Notes under the pieces: generated by a model
What the model saw: only the letters and a program-made list of their open reading frames with translations
Told to the model about the DNA's origin: nothing
Databases searched by the model: none
Translations under genes and position numbers: made by a program
Shown: positions 10,477 to 19,672 of the stretch, in pieces
Numbering within the stretch: the first letter of the stretch is position 1
How the letters are laid out: each line of letters opens with the position of its first letter
Assembly: GCA_963702095.1 (NCBI GenBank)
Contig: OY969706.1
Coordinates: 2,176,001-2,240,000, forward strand
Direction of reading: 5' to 3'
From: Candidatus Bathyarchaeota archaeon
GTDB lineage: Archaea > Thermoproteota > Bathyarchaeia > Bathyarchaeales > Bathycorpusculaceae
DNA length: 64,000 nt

Positions 10477-10625
10477 ATTTTGACATGTTAATCTATACCA
10501 TCGGCGCTTTAATGATTACGTTGATCACAGCGGGTTTTGTTGTTTGGTCTTTTAAAACTAAACAGTTCGAATCAAACGATTTTCTCCGCTACTACCCACT
10601 TGAGGAGGATGAAGACCAACAGTGA
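10473..10625 (+). CDS. ccoS: cbb3 oxidase maturation protein CcoS-like (50 aa, absent from the ORF track)
   Basis: TTG 10473 (or ATG 10485) after GGAGGT; MLIYTIGALMITLITAGFVVWSFKTKQFESNDFLRYYPLEEDEDQQ resembles the CcoS pattern TM-W-x4-GQF-acidic tail; overlaps both neighbouring genes. Confidence 0.75.
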   Translation: MNFDMLIYTIGALMITLITAGFVVWSFKTKQFESNDFLRYYPLEEDEDQQ

Positions 10626-10906
10626 GCTATCTTCCCCCAGTAAAAATCGTCGAGTTAGCTCCCAACGATGTGTACTTAGCCCTGTTCTTAATCGCTGCTG
10701 TAATAATAGCAATCATCTTGATTATCAGAAGCTCTGATGAATACTCTGTTGAGGAAACAGAGAAAAACTCTGAAGAATTCGCTGGAGTAATCCGCGACTC
10801 TAAGGGACCTGTTACCAAATGGCTATGGGCAGTTTACATTGTTTTGATTATTTGGGCTTTGGCGTATTTAGTTCAGCATTGGAGCGAATTTGCGGTCTTC
10901 CCGTAG
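10622..10906 (+). CDS. Stand-alone CcoP/FixP N-terminal membrane-anchor domain protein
   Basis: Two TM helices flanking EEFAGVIRDSKGPVTKWLWAVYIVLIIWALAY, resembling the FixP_N pattern HEYDGIEEYDNPLPRWW; no CxxCH. Confidence 0.65.
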   Translation: MSYLPPVKIVELAPNDVYLALFLIAAVIIAIILIIRSSDEYSVEETEKNSEEFAGVIRDSKGPVTKWLWAVYIVLIIWALAYLVQHWSEFAVFP

Positions 10907-11375
10907 GGTAGCATAGCATTAGATTTAAAGTTAACATGACTGCCAAAATTAAAATAATCAAAGTTTCGCGCCATATTTTGTTTAAAGGTCATCATGATAT
11001 GCTTTATAGAGAATTTTTCTGTTCACAAGTAAGAAGTTTACTTTACATTGCTCAACTTCTTGTCAGTGCGGCTATCTTGTAACATCGTCGCCGTTACAAA
11101 AAGTGCTAAACATAAACCACAGGAAAACTGTATAAACGTTAAAACAACGTTGGGGCCTTCAATGGTGAATAGATGGTTAAAGCAGTCCTGAATGTTGAAT
11201 TACGATGTTTTCACAATGTTTTAACTGAAAAAACACCGTTTTAAACTTAAGAACCCAAAATATCGTGTTATAGAGGTTAACAAAAAGCCGCATTAACCGC
11301 GATGTTTTCCGTTCTGTTTTCCATGAAAAAGAGTTAAGAGCTTGTTGCGGGGTTTTGCGGTGTTACTGTTGAGGC

Positions 11376-11426
11376 TTTTCCCATGCCTTTAGGGCATATA
11401 CAACAGTTCCAGAGCCCCGGCAAACC
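11376..11426 (+). repeat. R2 repeat, copy b (partial)
   Basis: ccagagccccggcaaacc (11409-11426) matches 15713-15730 at 17/18; preceded by ttttcccatgcctttag. Confidence 0.55.
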
Positions 11427-11962
11427 CTATAGCCTCAAAACAGTCATAAAGCGCTCAAGAATGATAATACCTTATCAATGATACCGTTCAAGGCACAAAG
11501 CCCTGATGGTAACCATAAAAGTTGAGAAAATACTAAACCCAGGCAAAGTTCAAGCTCGATCTACCAATAGACTTGCGATGAGACCACAGAATAATACTTG
11601 AGTCCGGCACTGGACCCTAGACTTGGGACAAACTTGTATCAAAAAGAAACGACGTATATGCCATAGACAAAGCCGTCGCGAGGATTATGCTGAATCCGCC
11701 GGCATAACGGTGGAGGACTGGAGCGCCAAAACAGGGCCAATACGGCTTGAAAGCATCGACGAGGTTCGGCTTTGGGCATTCTGCGAAGCAATGCTGTGGC
11801 AAAAATGACCAAGATAAAAACAACCTTTAGTTCTTGCTAAAAAACCGCGTCCTCTACGCGTCCACTACCTGAGCAAATAGAGAAGCGTGACTAACTGGTT
11901 TTTATGGGGATGGGGTGGGTTAATAAGTGGGTAAATACTACTTTAACCACTGGTGACGTGAT

Positions 11963-12211
11963 GTGACGGCTGAACTTAAAGCAATAAAAATCAGCAAAGA
12001 AACATACGCTGAATTAAGCGCTATCGCAGGCGAATTACAGATCAAAACAAAAAGGTCAGTATCCATTGATGAAGCAATGAAGTACTTAATACGTCAGAAC
12101 AAGAAGGGAAGAAAGATTTCGGATTTAGCTGGTTCTTGGATCATGAGTGATGATGAAGCAGAAGAAATCAAAGCGTCAACAGCTAAGGCATGGGAAACAT
12201 GGAAACCTTAA
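11963..12211 (+). CDS. vapB: VapB-like antitoxin (RHH-type)
   Basis: IKISKETYAEL..SVSIDEAM..ISDLAGSW; overlaps the downstream PIN gene. Confidence 0.8.
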   Translation: MTAELKAIKISKETYAELSAIAGELQIKTKRSVSIDEAMKYLIRQNKKGRKISDLAGSWIMSDDEAEEIKASTAKAWETWKP

Positions 12212-12606
12212 AAACGGTAATCGATACCGACCTCTTAATTGACCTGCTAAGAAACCAAAAACAAGCAACATCATTCATTGCTAAGATAGAGGAAAAAAAC
12301 TACCTTTTGGCCACTACCGCAATTAACATTTTTGAACTCCATCATGGAGCGCATAAATCCCAAGAAAGCGAAAAAAATCTTCAAGCAATCAACGTACTTG
12401 TAAGCCGATTGTCCATTCTTCCGTTGACATCAAAGGCTGCGCAGAAAGCAGGCCACATATACGCTCAACTAGAGCGTGAAGGACAACCGATTGGGCTAAG
12501 AGATACCCTCATTGCCGCTATCGCCATAACGCGGGAATGCAGCGTCGCCACACGCAACCAACAGCACTTTAACAGAATTTCTGGTTTAAAAATTATCACA
12601 CCATAA
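12190..12606 (+). CDS. vapC: VapC PIN-domain toxin
   Basis: VIDTDLLID, FELHHG, GQPIGLRDTLIAAIA, ATRNQQHFNRI. Confidence 0.92.
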   Translation: MGNMETLKTVIDTDLLIDLLRNQKQATSFIAKIEEKNYLLATTAINIFELHHGAHKSQESEKNLQAINVLVSRLSILPLTSKAAQKAGHIYAQLEREGQPIGLRDTLIAAIAITRECSVATRNQQHFNRISGLKIITP

Positions 12607-12688
12607 AACCGCTGAAAACGCTCTCACTAACGACCCATCGGGCTTCTACTACTGAGAAAAAAGACAAAACCCAAGATCAATACTAGCC

Positions 12689-12876
12689 AACTCCTCGGCT
12701 CTGCCATAGAAGTAGTCGACGCTACAACCCCTATGACGACTACTACCAGTAAAAATAGTACCGAACGATTTTTACAGTAGAAAAAGTGCAAATTTTGCCT
12801 CTTTCTTTTTCTTTTCAATACATTGGATTTCTATTTGAACCCACTGTTATATGTGGGTCCACGGCCAAAAGTCAAT
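12689..12876 (+). repeat. R1 direct repeat, copy 1 (~185 bp) with GTAGT/ACTAC palindromic boxes
   Basis: Aligns along its length with 14986-15172; the 45-bp core 12811-12855 is identical to 15108-15152. Confidence 0.9.
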
Positions 12877-12920
12877 TTTTTATGTATATCTGATGTTACT
12901 TAAAAAAGAGAGAATAGGCT

Positions 12921-13754
12921 CTAGAATGGCGCGAATACTCCGATAAATACCAGCCATGCCAGTGCCGTTTTGGCGACAAAACTAAGCACGATGTATGTTC
13001 TTTCGCCGTAAAGATAATCCTTCCAGCGACCTACACCTTTGTATTGCAATACCATGTTGAGAGCAAATACATTGAACACTGCAAAGTAAACGAGTAATAT
13101 CGAGTATACAAAGGCGGGCGGCTCAACGCCTGTTGAGGTAATTGCTGCTACGAAATAGGCAAATAGCACCACCCATGGGATACCTCCTGAAACGCAGCCC
13201 ACCACAAACGCTGACCACGAAGTTTTTTCGGTATGCTGATTTACTACTTCCATGTAGTATCCGAACATTATCATCATGGCGTTTAAAGTGAAGATCATAA
13301 CTAGCGACCAGAAGTCCCAGACACCTACGAATGTGGCAATTAGTACAATCATTATTGAGCTGGAAAGGGCGTACTCGTACCACCGGTATGGGTTCATCCC
13401 TTTCGCCAAGTTTTTGTTATAGTCCTTGTTTTTTGGAAAAGCGATAATGAAATGCGCTAATGCTGAAAGTAACGGAAATGCTGCAACGATTACTCCCAGA
13501 TAGCTTAGTGTAAACCAGACTTGAGGGTCAGGTGCGATATTAAAGACAGGTGGCGATCCAGGGGTTATGTCGAGTTTAAGGTAAAATGTGTATATGTCTT
13601 GTTCCCAAATTAAAAGTGTGCCTAGAACGAGCATTATTATTCCCTGTGATAAGTGTAGGATTCCAGCACCCAAATTGAATTTCTTTAAGTAACCAAATGA
13701 AATAGGCGATTTTGCTATTATCTCCTGTCTTTCCTTATAATTCAACATTTCCAC
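12921..13754 (-). CDS. heR: Heliorhodopsin
   Basis: FNLGAGILHLSQ (TM1 His), LSALAHF (TM2 His), NPYRWYEYALSSSIM (counter-ion Glu), YLYGERTYIVLSFVAKTALAW (retinal Lys in SxxAK). Confidence 0.95.
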   Translation of the reverse strand: MEMLNYKERQEIIAKSPISFGYLKKFNLGAGILHLSQGIIMLVLGTLLIWEQDIYTFYLKLDITPGSPPVFNIAPDPQVWFTLSYLGVIVAAFPLLSALAHFIIAFPKNKDYNKNLAKGMNPYRWYEYALSSSIMIVLIATFVGVWDFWSLVMIFTLNAMMIMFGYYMEVVNQHTEKTSWSAFVVGCVSGGIPWVVLFAYFVAAITSTGVEPPAFVYSILLVYFAVFNVFALNMVLQYKGVGRWKDYLYGERTYIVLSFVAKTALAWLVFIGVFAPF

Positions 13755-13839
13755 CTTCTCTGCCTTAAAATATCCTCAAAATTAATAGAACATTTTATTC
13801 TAAAAAAACGAGTGACATGAATTAGCACAGTAGAGGTCT

Positions 13840-14271
13840 TTAATGCGCCATTTCCATCGGTGGTATCAAAACTTTATCGATGGCATGAATTACGCCGTTG
13901 TCTGTCACTATATCCGCTTTTACTATGTGGGCATCGTTAACTTTAGGCATACTATGGCCATGCCACGTAGACGCATCGATTCTTATATCTTCACCTTCAA
14001 CTGTTTTCGCAGTTTTAAGCTTAGCTACCTCTGAGGAAGTAACTTTACCAGCAACAACATGATATGTTAAGATTGATTTAAGCTTTGGAATATCTTTAAG
14101 GAGATTCTCAACTGTTCCCTTAGGCAGTTTCTCGAAAGCATCATCTGTTGGAGCAAAGACTGTAAATGGGCCGGGACTCTTTAGTGTCTCAACTAATCCG
14201 GCAGCCTGAACAGCAGTCACCAATGTTTTGAAATTGCCCGCGGATATTGCAGTGTCGACAATATCAACCAT
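13840..14271 (-). CDS. Fasciclin (FAS1) domain protein, no signal peptide
   Basis: [52 protein letters not shown]; RBS AGGAGGTG upstream of ATG 14271. Confidence 0.93.
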   Translation of the reverse strand: MVDIVDTAISAGNFKTLVTAVQAAGLVETLKSPGPFTVFAPTDDAFEKLPKGTVENLLKDIPKLKSILTYHVVAGKVTSSEVAKLKTAKTVEGEDIRIDASTWHGHSMPKVNDAHIVKADIVTDNGVIHAIDKVLIPPMEMAH

Positions 14272-14427
14272 AAAACTCTTCACCTCCTAATGATTGACTA
14301 AATTTTCAATCCCGTATTCGCAAGTTTAACAAATAAAAATATGTGATTACATAAGATCAGTCACATTGACAATTTAGTCTTGCTTCTTAATTGTAGTTGG
14401 AGACATATCCAGTAGTTTTTTGATGGG

Positions 14428-14979
14428 TTGATTATGGTTCAAAGTGCAAAGTATCAAGTTGTAAGGAAATTAGGCAAAGTGCAAATTCGGCGTTACCCAA
14501 AAATAGTGATAGCAAAAGTTTCGAACCTTGAGTTAGATAATTTTGGGCTCCTTTTCCGTTTCATATCAGGAAACAACAAGCAAAAAGCAAAAGTAAAAAT
14601 GACGGCGCCTGTCGTTTCACAAGATACATCTCAAGAAATAAAGATGACATCACCCGTTTTATCCGAATTCTCCCGTCAAGGTTACATGGCTTTTGTTATG
14701 CCTTCTGAACTAAATCTGGAAACTACGCCCCTGCCTCTAGATAGCCGTATCAAGATAGAAGAGGTTCCCTCAAGGTTAGTTGCGGCATTGCGTTTCTCCG
14801 GAAGCTGGTCTGAAGATCACTTTGAAGAAAAAACCAGAGAGCTACTACAAGAGCTAGCTAACGCAAACATAACAACAAAAGGCACCGTCTTTACCATGCT
14901 GTACAATCCACCTTTTACTCCAAGCTTTCTAAGAAGAAATGAAGTAGCAATCGAGGTTGAGCATACAAGCGAACCTTGA
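14428..14979 (+). CDS. SOUL haem-binding protein
   Basis: IRRYP, FGLLFRFISGNN, KMTAPV/KMTSPV, MAFVMP, YNPPFTPSFLRRNEV. Confidence 0.92.
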   Translation: MIMVQSAKYQVVRKLGKVQIRRYPKIVIAKVSNLELDNFGLLFRFISGNNKQKAKVKMTAPVVSQDTSQEIKMTSPVLSEFSRQGYMAFVMPSELNLETTPLPLDSRIKIEEVPSRLVAALRFSGSWSEDHFEEKTRELLQELANANITTKGTVFTMLYNPPFTPSFLRRNEVAIEVEHTSEP

Positions 14980-14985
14980 CTGTAT

Positions 14986-15345
14986 CACCTCCCGGTATCT
15001 GTCATAGAAGTAGACGATGCACACTATCTAAACGACTACTACCATCAAAACAGCACCGAACGATTTCTATAGTAGAAGAAGAAGTGCAATTTTTCCTCTT
15101 TCTTCTTCTTTTCAATACATTGGATTTCTATTTGAACCCACTGTTATATGTGCGTCCAAGCAAAAAGTCAATGGGCCTTTTTTGGTTTAGAAGTAGTAGT
15201 TGAACAAAGAAAATATCCTGTACTACTACTTCTGAGATAAACCAACAAGCGCAGCTTCTTTTATTATTGCAGGTAGTAGTCGTCGATAGGCTGCTAAAGA
15301 CTACTATTTCTCGCTCAACTGGCACTTAGATTATACAGTGGGCGC
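14986..15345 (+). repeat. R1 direct repeat, copy 2, extended by further inverted GTAGTAGT boxes
   Basis: 14986-15172 matches copy 1. Perfect 12-bp inverted repeat AGAAGTAGTAGT (15189-15200)/ACTACTACTTCT (15222-15233). Inverted unit ggtagtagtcgtcgatagg at 15272. Confidence 0.85.
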
Positions 15346-15399
15346 TTTTTGTGGGGTTGTAATAATCATTTTATAAGGGCTATAGTACCGCTAGATAAA

Positions 15400-15565
15400 C
15401 TTTCAAGTATCTTTATCCACCGAAGCCCCTTCAACACCCACACCGACCGAGCGGCCGCAGCCTGCTGCCGACCTCTACTTTATGCCTGCAGTGGCGGGTA
15501 TAATCATCGCAATCGCAGTAGTAGGCGCATTACTGGCTTTACTGATGCTAAGAAAACATCCATAA
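15400..15565 (+). pseudogene. Orphan 3' remnant of a surface-protein gene (Pro/Thr linker plus C-terminal membrane anchor)
   Basis: Translates as STEAPSTPTPTERPQPAADLYF/MPAVAGIIIAIAVVGALLALLMLRKHP*, with a frameshift and no 5' gene body. Confidence 0.7.
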
Positions 15566-15669
15566 AAACACAAAACGCTACAATCATCCCTTCCTTTTTT
15601 TGGAGTTTAATTGGCAAAATGTGGGCTGAGTGGGCTCTGGAATAGAAATAACAGATCGCGGTTGAAGAA

Positions 15670-15730
15670 TGGTTTAGTTGCATTTTCCATTCTTTTCGCC
15701 TTTAGTTGCGGTCCAGAGCCCCCGCAAACC
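15670..15730 (+). repeat. R2 repeat, copy c
   Basis: Matches 4679-4738 (5' part) and 11409-11426 (3' part). Confidence 0.6.
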
Positions 15731-16452
15731 GACATCTGATATTTCAAAATTGATACTCTCAATATCAACAGGGAACAAAGTTAAAATAGAAGAAGACATG
15801 AAAGCAACGACACGACTTAAATTAGACGTAAAAAAAAGCAACGATTCAGCAAAAATGACAAACATAAAAACATCATTTTAAAAATGGGACAAAACAGCAA
15901 GTTTGCAACTTATGAGTAAGATATCTCAAAATGTTAGAGCATCTAAACCACCAAATTGGAGCAAAAAAAAGTACAGCACGTTCAGCGAGGGCACAAGCGA
16001 CAGCGCCATGTAGGAATGGATTGCCACTCATGATAGGGGCAACCGGATTATCCAGATAGGCGACTCTAACTACCTCAACACAAACCTAAACATAACACCT
16101 ATAACTTACTTTAAGGCGGCAATAGACTATCTAGCACTCTACAATACGGGGCAGCTTGCGTTCCTTGAAGCCACAGTATCGCAGCATAAACAGCAAAGAC
16201 TACGAAGAATCACTATGATTGCTGTATAAATCACCGAAGTGGCTATTTAGCCAGTGACTCCCGAGCCGTCTCCACTTAGAGTTTTTAGTTTTAGACATTA
16301 GTCGGGCGCCCAAGTAGCATAACCATCAAGCGTTTAGCAGGTGTCACCTGAAGTTAACAAGTATCATTCAAGGGTACTATGAAGCGAGCCAAATCTGGAA
16401 AAGCCTACAAAAACAGAATAACAATTAATACGCTATTACAGATATGAAATCG

Positions 16453-17526
16453 CTAACAAGATTGGAAATCTTCTTTCTGCTGGTCCTTATTAACCGACTT
16501 AAGGCAATGAGTAAAGATCTGCGCACTAGTTTGGGCTATATACTCAACTTGAGTGTCTGATAGTGAGGGATAGATTGGGATGCTTATAGTTTCCTTAAAA
16601 CACCTTTCAGCATTCGGAAAATCTTTTGGTGAAAGCCCCATTGACCTATGCAGTAAGCTGTCTACACCTTTTCTCACCGCAATATTTTTTTGTTCAAATT
16701 GTTTTTTAAGGAAATCAAATGGTAACGGGACCATTAATGGAAATCTAAAAAACATACTCCGTTGCCGCAATGAAGGGGGCATACAGATATTTTCAATATT
16801 TTCTAGAGATTCAAAATACTTGTAGGCAATTACTTTTCGAATTTCTAAAAATTTATTATACTGTTCTATTTGGCTAATCCCTAGAGAAGCTTGAAGGTCA
16901 CTCATAGGAAATAAAGACTGCATAGACCGTATTCGTTGTATGTAATCCTCGTTATTGCTTAACACCATGCCTCCCTCTCCCGTAGTCAGACATTTTGTAG
17001 CTTGGAAAGAACATACAGTCAACTGACCAAAAGTTCCAATCTTGCGCCTGTTAATTTGGGCCCCAAACGCTTGGGCTATATCTTCGATAACAGGTACACC
17101 TAATTGTGTTATAGGTTCAACGTCTGCAGCGATTCCATATAAATGCGGTACAATTATTGCCTTGGTTTTTGAAGTTATAAGACCTTGAACTGAATTGCAA
17201 TCCATATTCCAGTATTTACTCACATCACATAGTACAGGAGTGGCACCTATACTAACCGTTGCGAGGAGGACAGTTGGGCAGATATAGGTTGGCAATATTA
17301 TTTCGTCACCAGTTGTCACGCCCAAGGCTTTTAACGCAAGGAATATTGCAGATGTACCGCTTGAAGTTGCCAAACCACTCTCTAAATCCAAATAGTTAGA
17401 AACCGTATTCTCAAAGTCAGCGACCTTGTTCCCCCTTGCAATCATCCCCATTCGCAATATTGTTAGAGTTGAAGTTTCATCACTTAAGGTTATAGAGGGC
17501 TTAGAGTGAGAAATTAATGGATCCAT
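16453..17526 (-). CDS. DegT/DnrJ/EryC1/StrS PLP aminotransferase
   Basis: SSGTSA, IEDIAQAFG, SFQATKCLTTGEGGM. Confidence 0.9.
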   Translation of the reverse strand: MDPLISHSKPSITLSDETSTLTILRMGMIARGNKVADFENTVSNYLDLESGLATSSGTSAIFLALKALGVTTGDEIILPTYICPTVLLATVSIGATPVLCDVSKYWNMDCNSVQGLITSKTKAIIVPHLYGIAADVEPITQLGVPVIEDIAQAFGAQINRRKIGTFGQLTVCSFQATKCLTTGEGGMVLSNNEDYIQRIRSMQSLFPMSDLQASLGISQIEQYNKFLEIRKVIAYKYFESLENIENICMPPSLRQRSMFFRFPLMVPLPFDFLKKQFEQKNIAVRKGVDSLLHRSMGLSPKDFPNAERCFKETISIPIYPSLSDTQVEYIAQTSAQIFTHCLKSVNKDQQKEDFQSC

Positions 17527-17666
17527 GACATTTCCTCAATGCTTTTTTACTGGTAGTTCTTAGTTAAACCTTCGCTATATTTTAGTTTAAACCACACACA
17601 CGATTTCATTCATTATTTTCAGAAAACAATAAAATCTTGAATAAAAAAGTTATCTAAAGAAATAGT

Positions 17667-18641
17667 CTAAATTGTTAAAACCCATTTTTTCATTTCAGCT
17701 TTAATGTCCCTCAAAGCCTCTTCGTAGGAGTACTTCGGAGACCAATTTAAGTCAATTTTGGTTTTGGATATATCATACACCCAGCTTCTTTCAATATTGT
17801 TTGATTTTTCCGGGCAATATATTAGTTTAGACGGGTGATCCATTGGAGAGAATACCTTTATTATTGCTTTAACTTCATTCTCAAACGTGAGTCCCACGCC
17901 TGAAGCCAAATTATAGCGACCAATAGCTTTGTCACTATTTATAGCAGCGATAATACAACTCACCGCATCTTTCACGTAAATGTGGTCTCTCACATTTTTC
18001 GTTGGATCACCCCAAATTTCGATTGGTTCGCCTAGCTGGGCTTTCTCAATGAATCGTTCCCAATGGCTTTTTTTAATGGATGCCCCTGTATGTATTTTAG
18101 CATAATAATAGTAACCGCGTACGCTAGTAGTTCTCAAAATTATGCCCTGTATTCCATATTCTTCTGTAAAGTGTTGTACATACTGAGCACCAGCAAGCTT
18201 CGCAATTATATAGAGCGCATGATCACCGGTATACTTAAAGTCGATTTCATTTTCCTTTACAGGCAGGTGTCTTATATTACTAGCTTCGTAATGTGATGTT
18301 GTATATACGACTTTTTTAATATAATTTTTCCTGCAATACTCAAGGACATTATAAGTTCCCAGCGCATTGATTTTTAGATAGTCCTCGCCAGTTGTCATGG
18401 GCCCCGCACGTTCAGGAATCAAAGCAGCGAGGTGAATTATTGCACTAACATTCTTTTTAGGCAATTTATTGAAGCTTTGTTTGTTAGTGATATCCAATTG
18501 TGTGAAGGGTATACGCTTAGTCTCAAAATATCGTCTACCCTCGGCACTATTGCCAGTTGCAAGTACATCAAAGCCGGCTTTAACTAATTCATCAATTAAG
18601 TATGTCCCAATTGATCCTGTAGCACCCGTAATCACTATCAA
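17667..18641 (-). CDS. NAD-dependent sugar epimerase/dehydratase (extended SDR)
   Basis: ITGATGSIG, YIIAK, RDHIYVKD. Confidence 0.88.
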   Translation of the reverse strand: MIVITGATGSIGTYLIDELVKAGFDVLATGNSAEGRRYFETKRIPFTQLDITNKQSFNKLPKKNVSAIIHLAALIPERAGPMTTGEDYLKINALGTYNVLEYCRKNYIKKVVYTTSHYEASNIRHLPVKENEIDFKYTGDHALYIIAKLAGAQYVQHFTEEYGIQGIILRTTSVRGYYYYAKIHTGASIKKSHWERFIEKAQLGEPIEIWGDPTKNVRDHIYVKDAVSCIIAAINSDKAIGRYNLASGVGLTFENEVKAIIKVFSPMDHPSKLIYCPEKSNNIERSWVYDISKTKIDLNWSPKYSYEEALRDIKAEMKKWVLTI

Positions 18642-19668
18642 CTGTCTGCGCCTCCAAGTATTGCATTAATTATTTCCATCTTGCCTTTACCTATTTCCAT
18701 GCTATTTATATCGTTTCTTTTAATTATGTATTCACGATTGGCATTAAAAATAACGATCGAGAATTTATCAAAAAATTGTTCAGGAGAATACACAAACGGG
18801 AAATTCCTATATGCAAAAGCTTGCAAGTCGTTCTGACATACTGCAATAGTTGGAATCCCAATATAAAGTGATTCAAGCATTGATAATCCGGGAGATGTAA
18901 TTACCAAGTCAGCATTATACATTAGTTCAGCCACATTATCGATATCCTTGTATATTTTCACCCTTTTGCCTTTAAAATGGGTATTAACTGCGTTACTTAA
19001 CTCTTCATGGTAAATGAAAGCTGCACCTATTATAATATCGACATTAAAGACAGAATCAAGGGCCAATAACTTGGTGATAACTAATGAGGTAAAGTTTGAA
19101 GGGTCACTGCCGCCAAAGATAAGCGTTATTTTCCTTAAGTTTGTCTTATTAACAGATCTTTTCAGGTCAAAGTCTTTTTTTAAAACTAGATATTTGAGAC
19201 CTTGTAAATAGAGCGTTTTTGTCGTTTTATCAAGAAACGACCTGCTTTCATAGTTACCACTTCCAAGATTAGAATCTACTATTACATCGCAATATTTAGC
19301 TGCATTTGAAGGTAAATTCGTTAGTAAGCCACCAAAGACTATCACTTTTGCTCCTGAAGCGGACCGCAGCCCTTAAGAAACTGCTCTGTAACGTACAATC
19401 GGTCTACTACTAACACACACGGTTTGCAGATTTTAATTTCATTAATGATACCATCATCATTTTCCTGTTGAATCACCCTGAAGCCAACGCGGGATATTTT
19501 CTGGGTAACAATGTTATTGCTTTTTGTTAGGAAACTGATTGTTACTTTTGCCATGTCACGCATTTCTTCGGCTAGAGTTAAACTTCTATAAACATGCCCC
19601 ATACCCATTTCTAAGCCGCCATCCGTGATAAAAGATATTGTGAAGCCATCCATACGGTGTGGCACCAT
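18638..19668 (-). CDS. PseG/SpsG-like UDP-sugar hydrolase (GT-B), split by a 1-nt frameshift at ~19371
   Basis: DGGLEMGMGHVYRSLTLA in the 5' fragment; FGGSDP and ESLYIGIP in the 3' fragment; one extra G restores FLKGLRSASGAKVIVF. Confidence 0.8.
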
Positions 19669-19672
19669 CGGG

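Noticed and set aside
11380-11830. Possible gene remnant (WDKLVSKRNDVYAIDKAVARIML)
   Set aside because: Multiple stops and no family I can assign with confidence
12835-12844. ttgaacccac match between the R1 core and the tRNA-Leu T-arm (possible att site)
   Set aside because: Only about 10 bp, too short to distinguish from chance
12627-15325. Short ORFs 12627-12818, 14976-15203 and 15128-15325
   Set aside because: They lie within R1 repeats, and the reading frames are not preserved between copies
12689-15345. CRISPR array
   Set aside because: Only two repeat-like copies 2.3 kb apart with homologous flanks; no spacers and no cas genes
4679-15730. Classical integron attC sites or IS elements
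   Set aside because: No RYYYAAC...GTTRRRY hairpins, integron integrase or transposase recognisable in the window
4687-15881. ORFs 4687-4962 and 15678-15881, both starting MHxPFFS
   Set aside because: The shared start is a by-product of the R2 DNA repeat; the rest is unrelated and not protein-like
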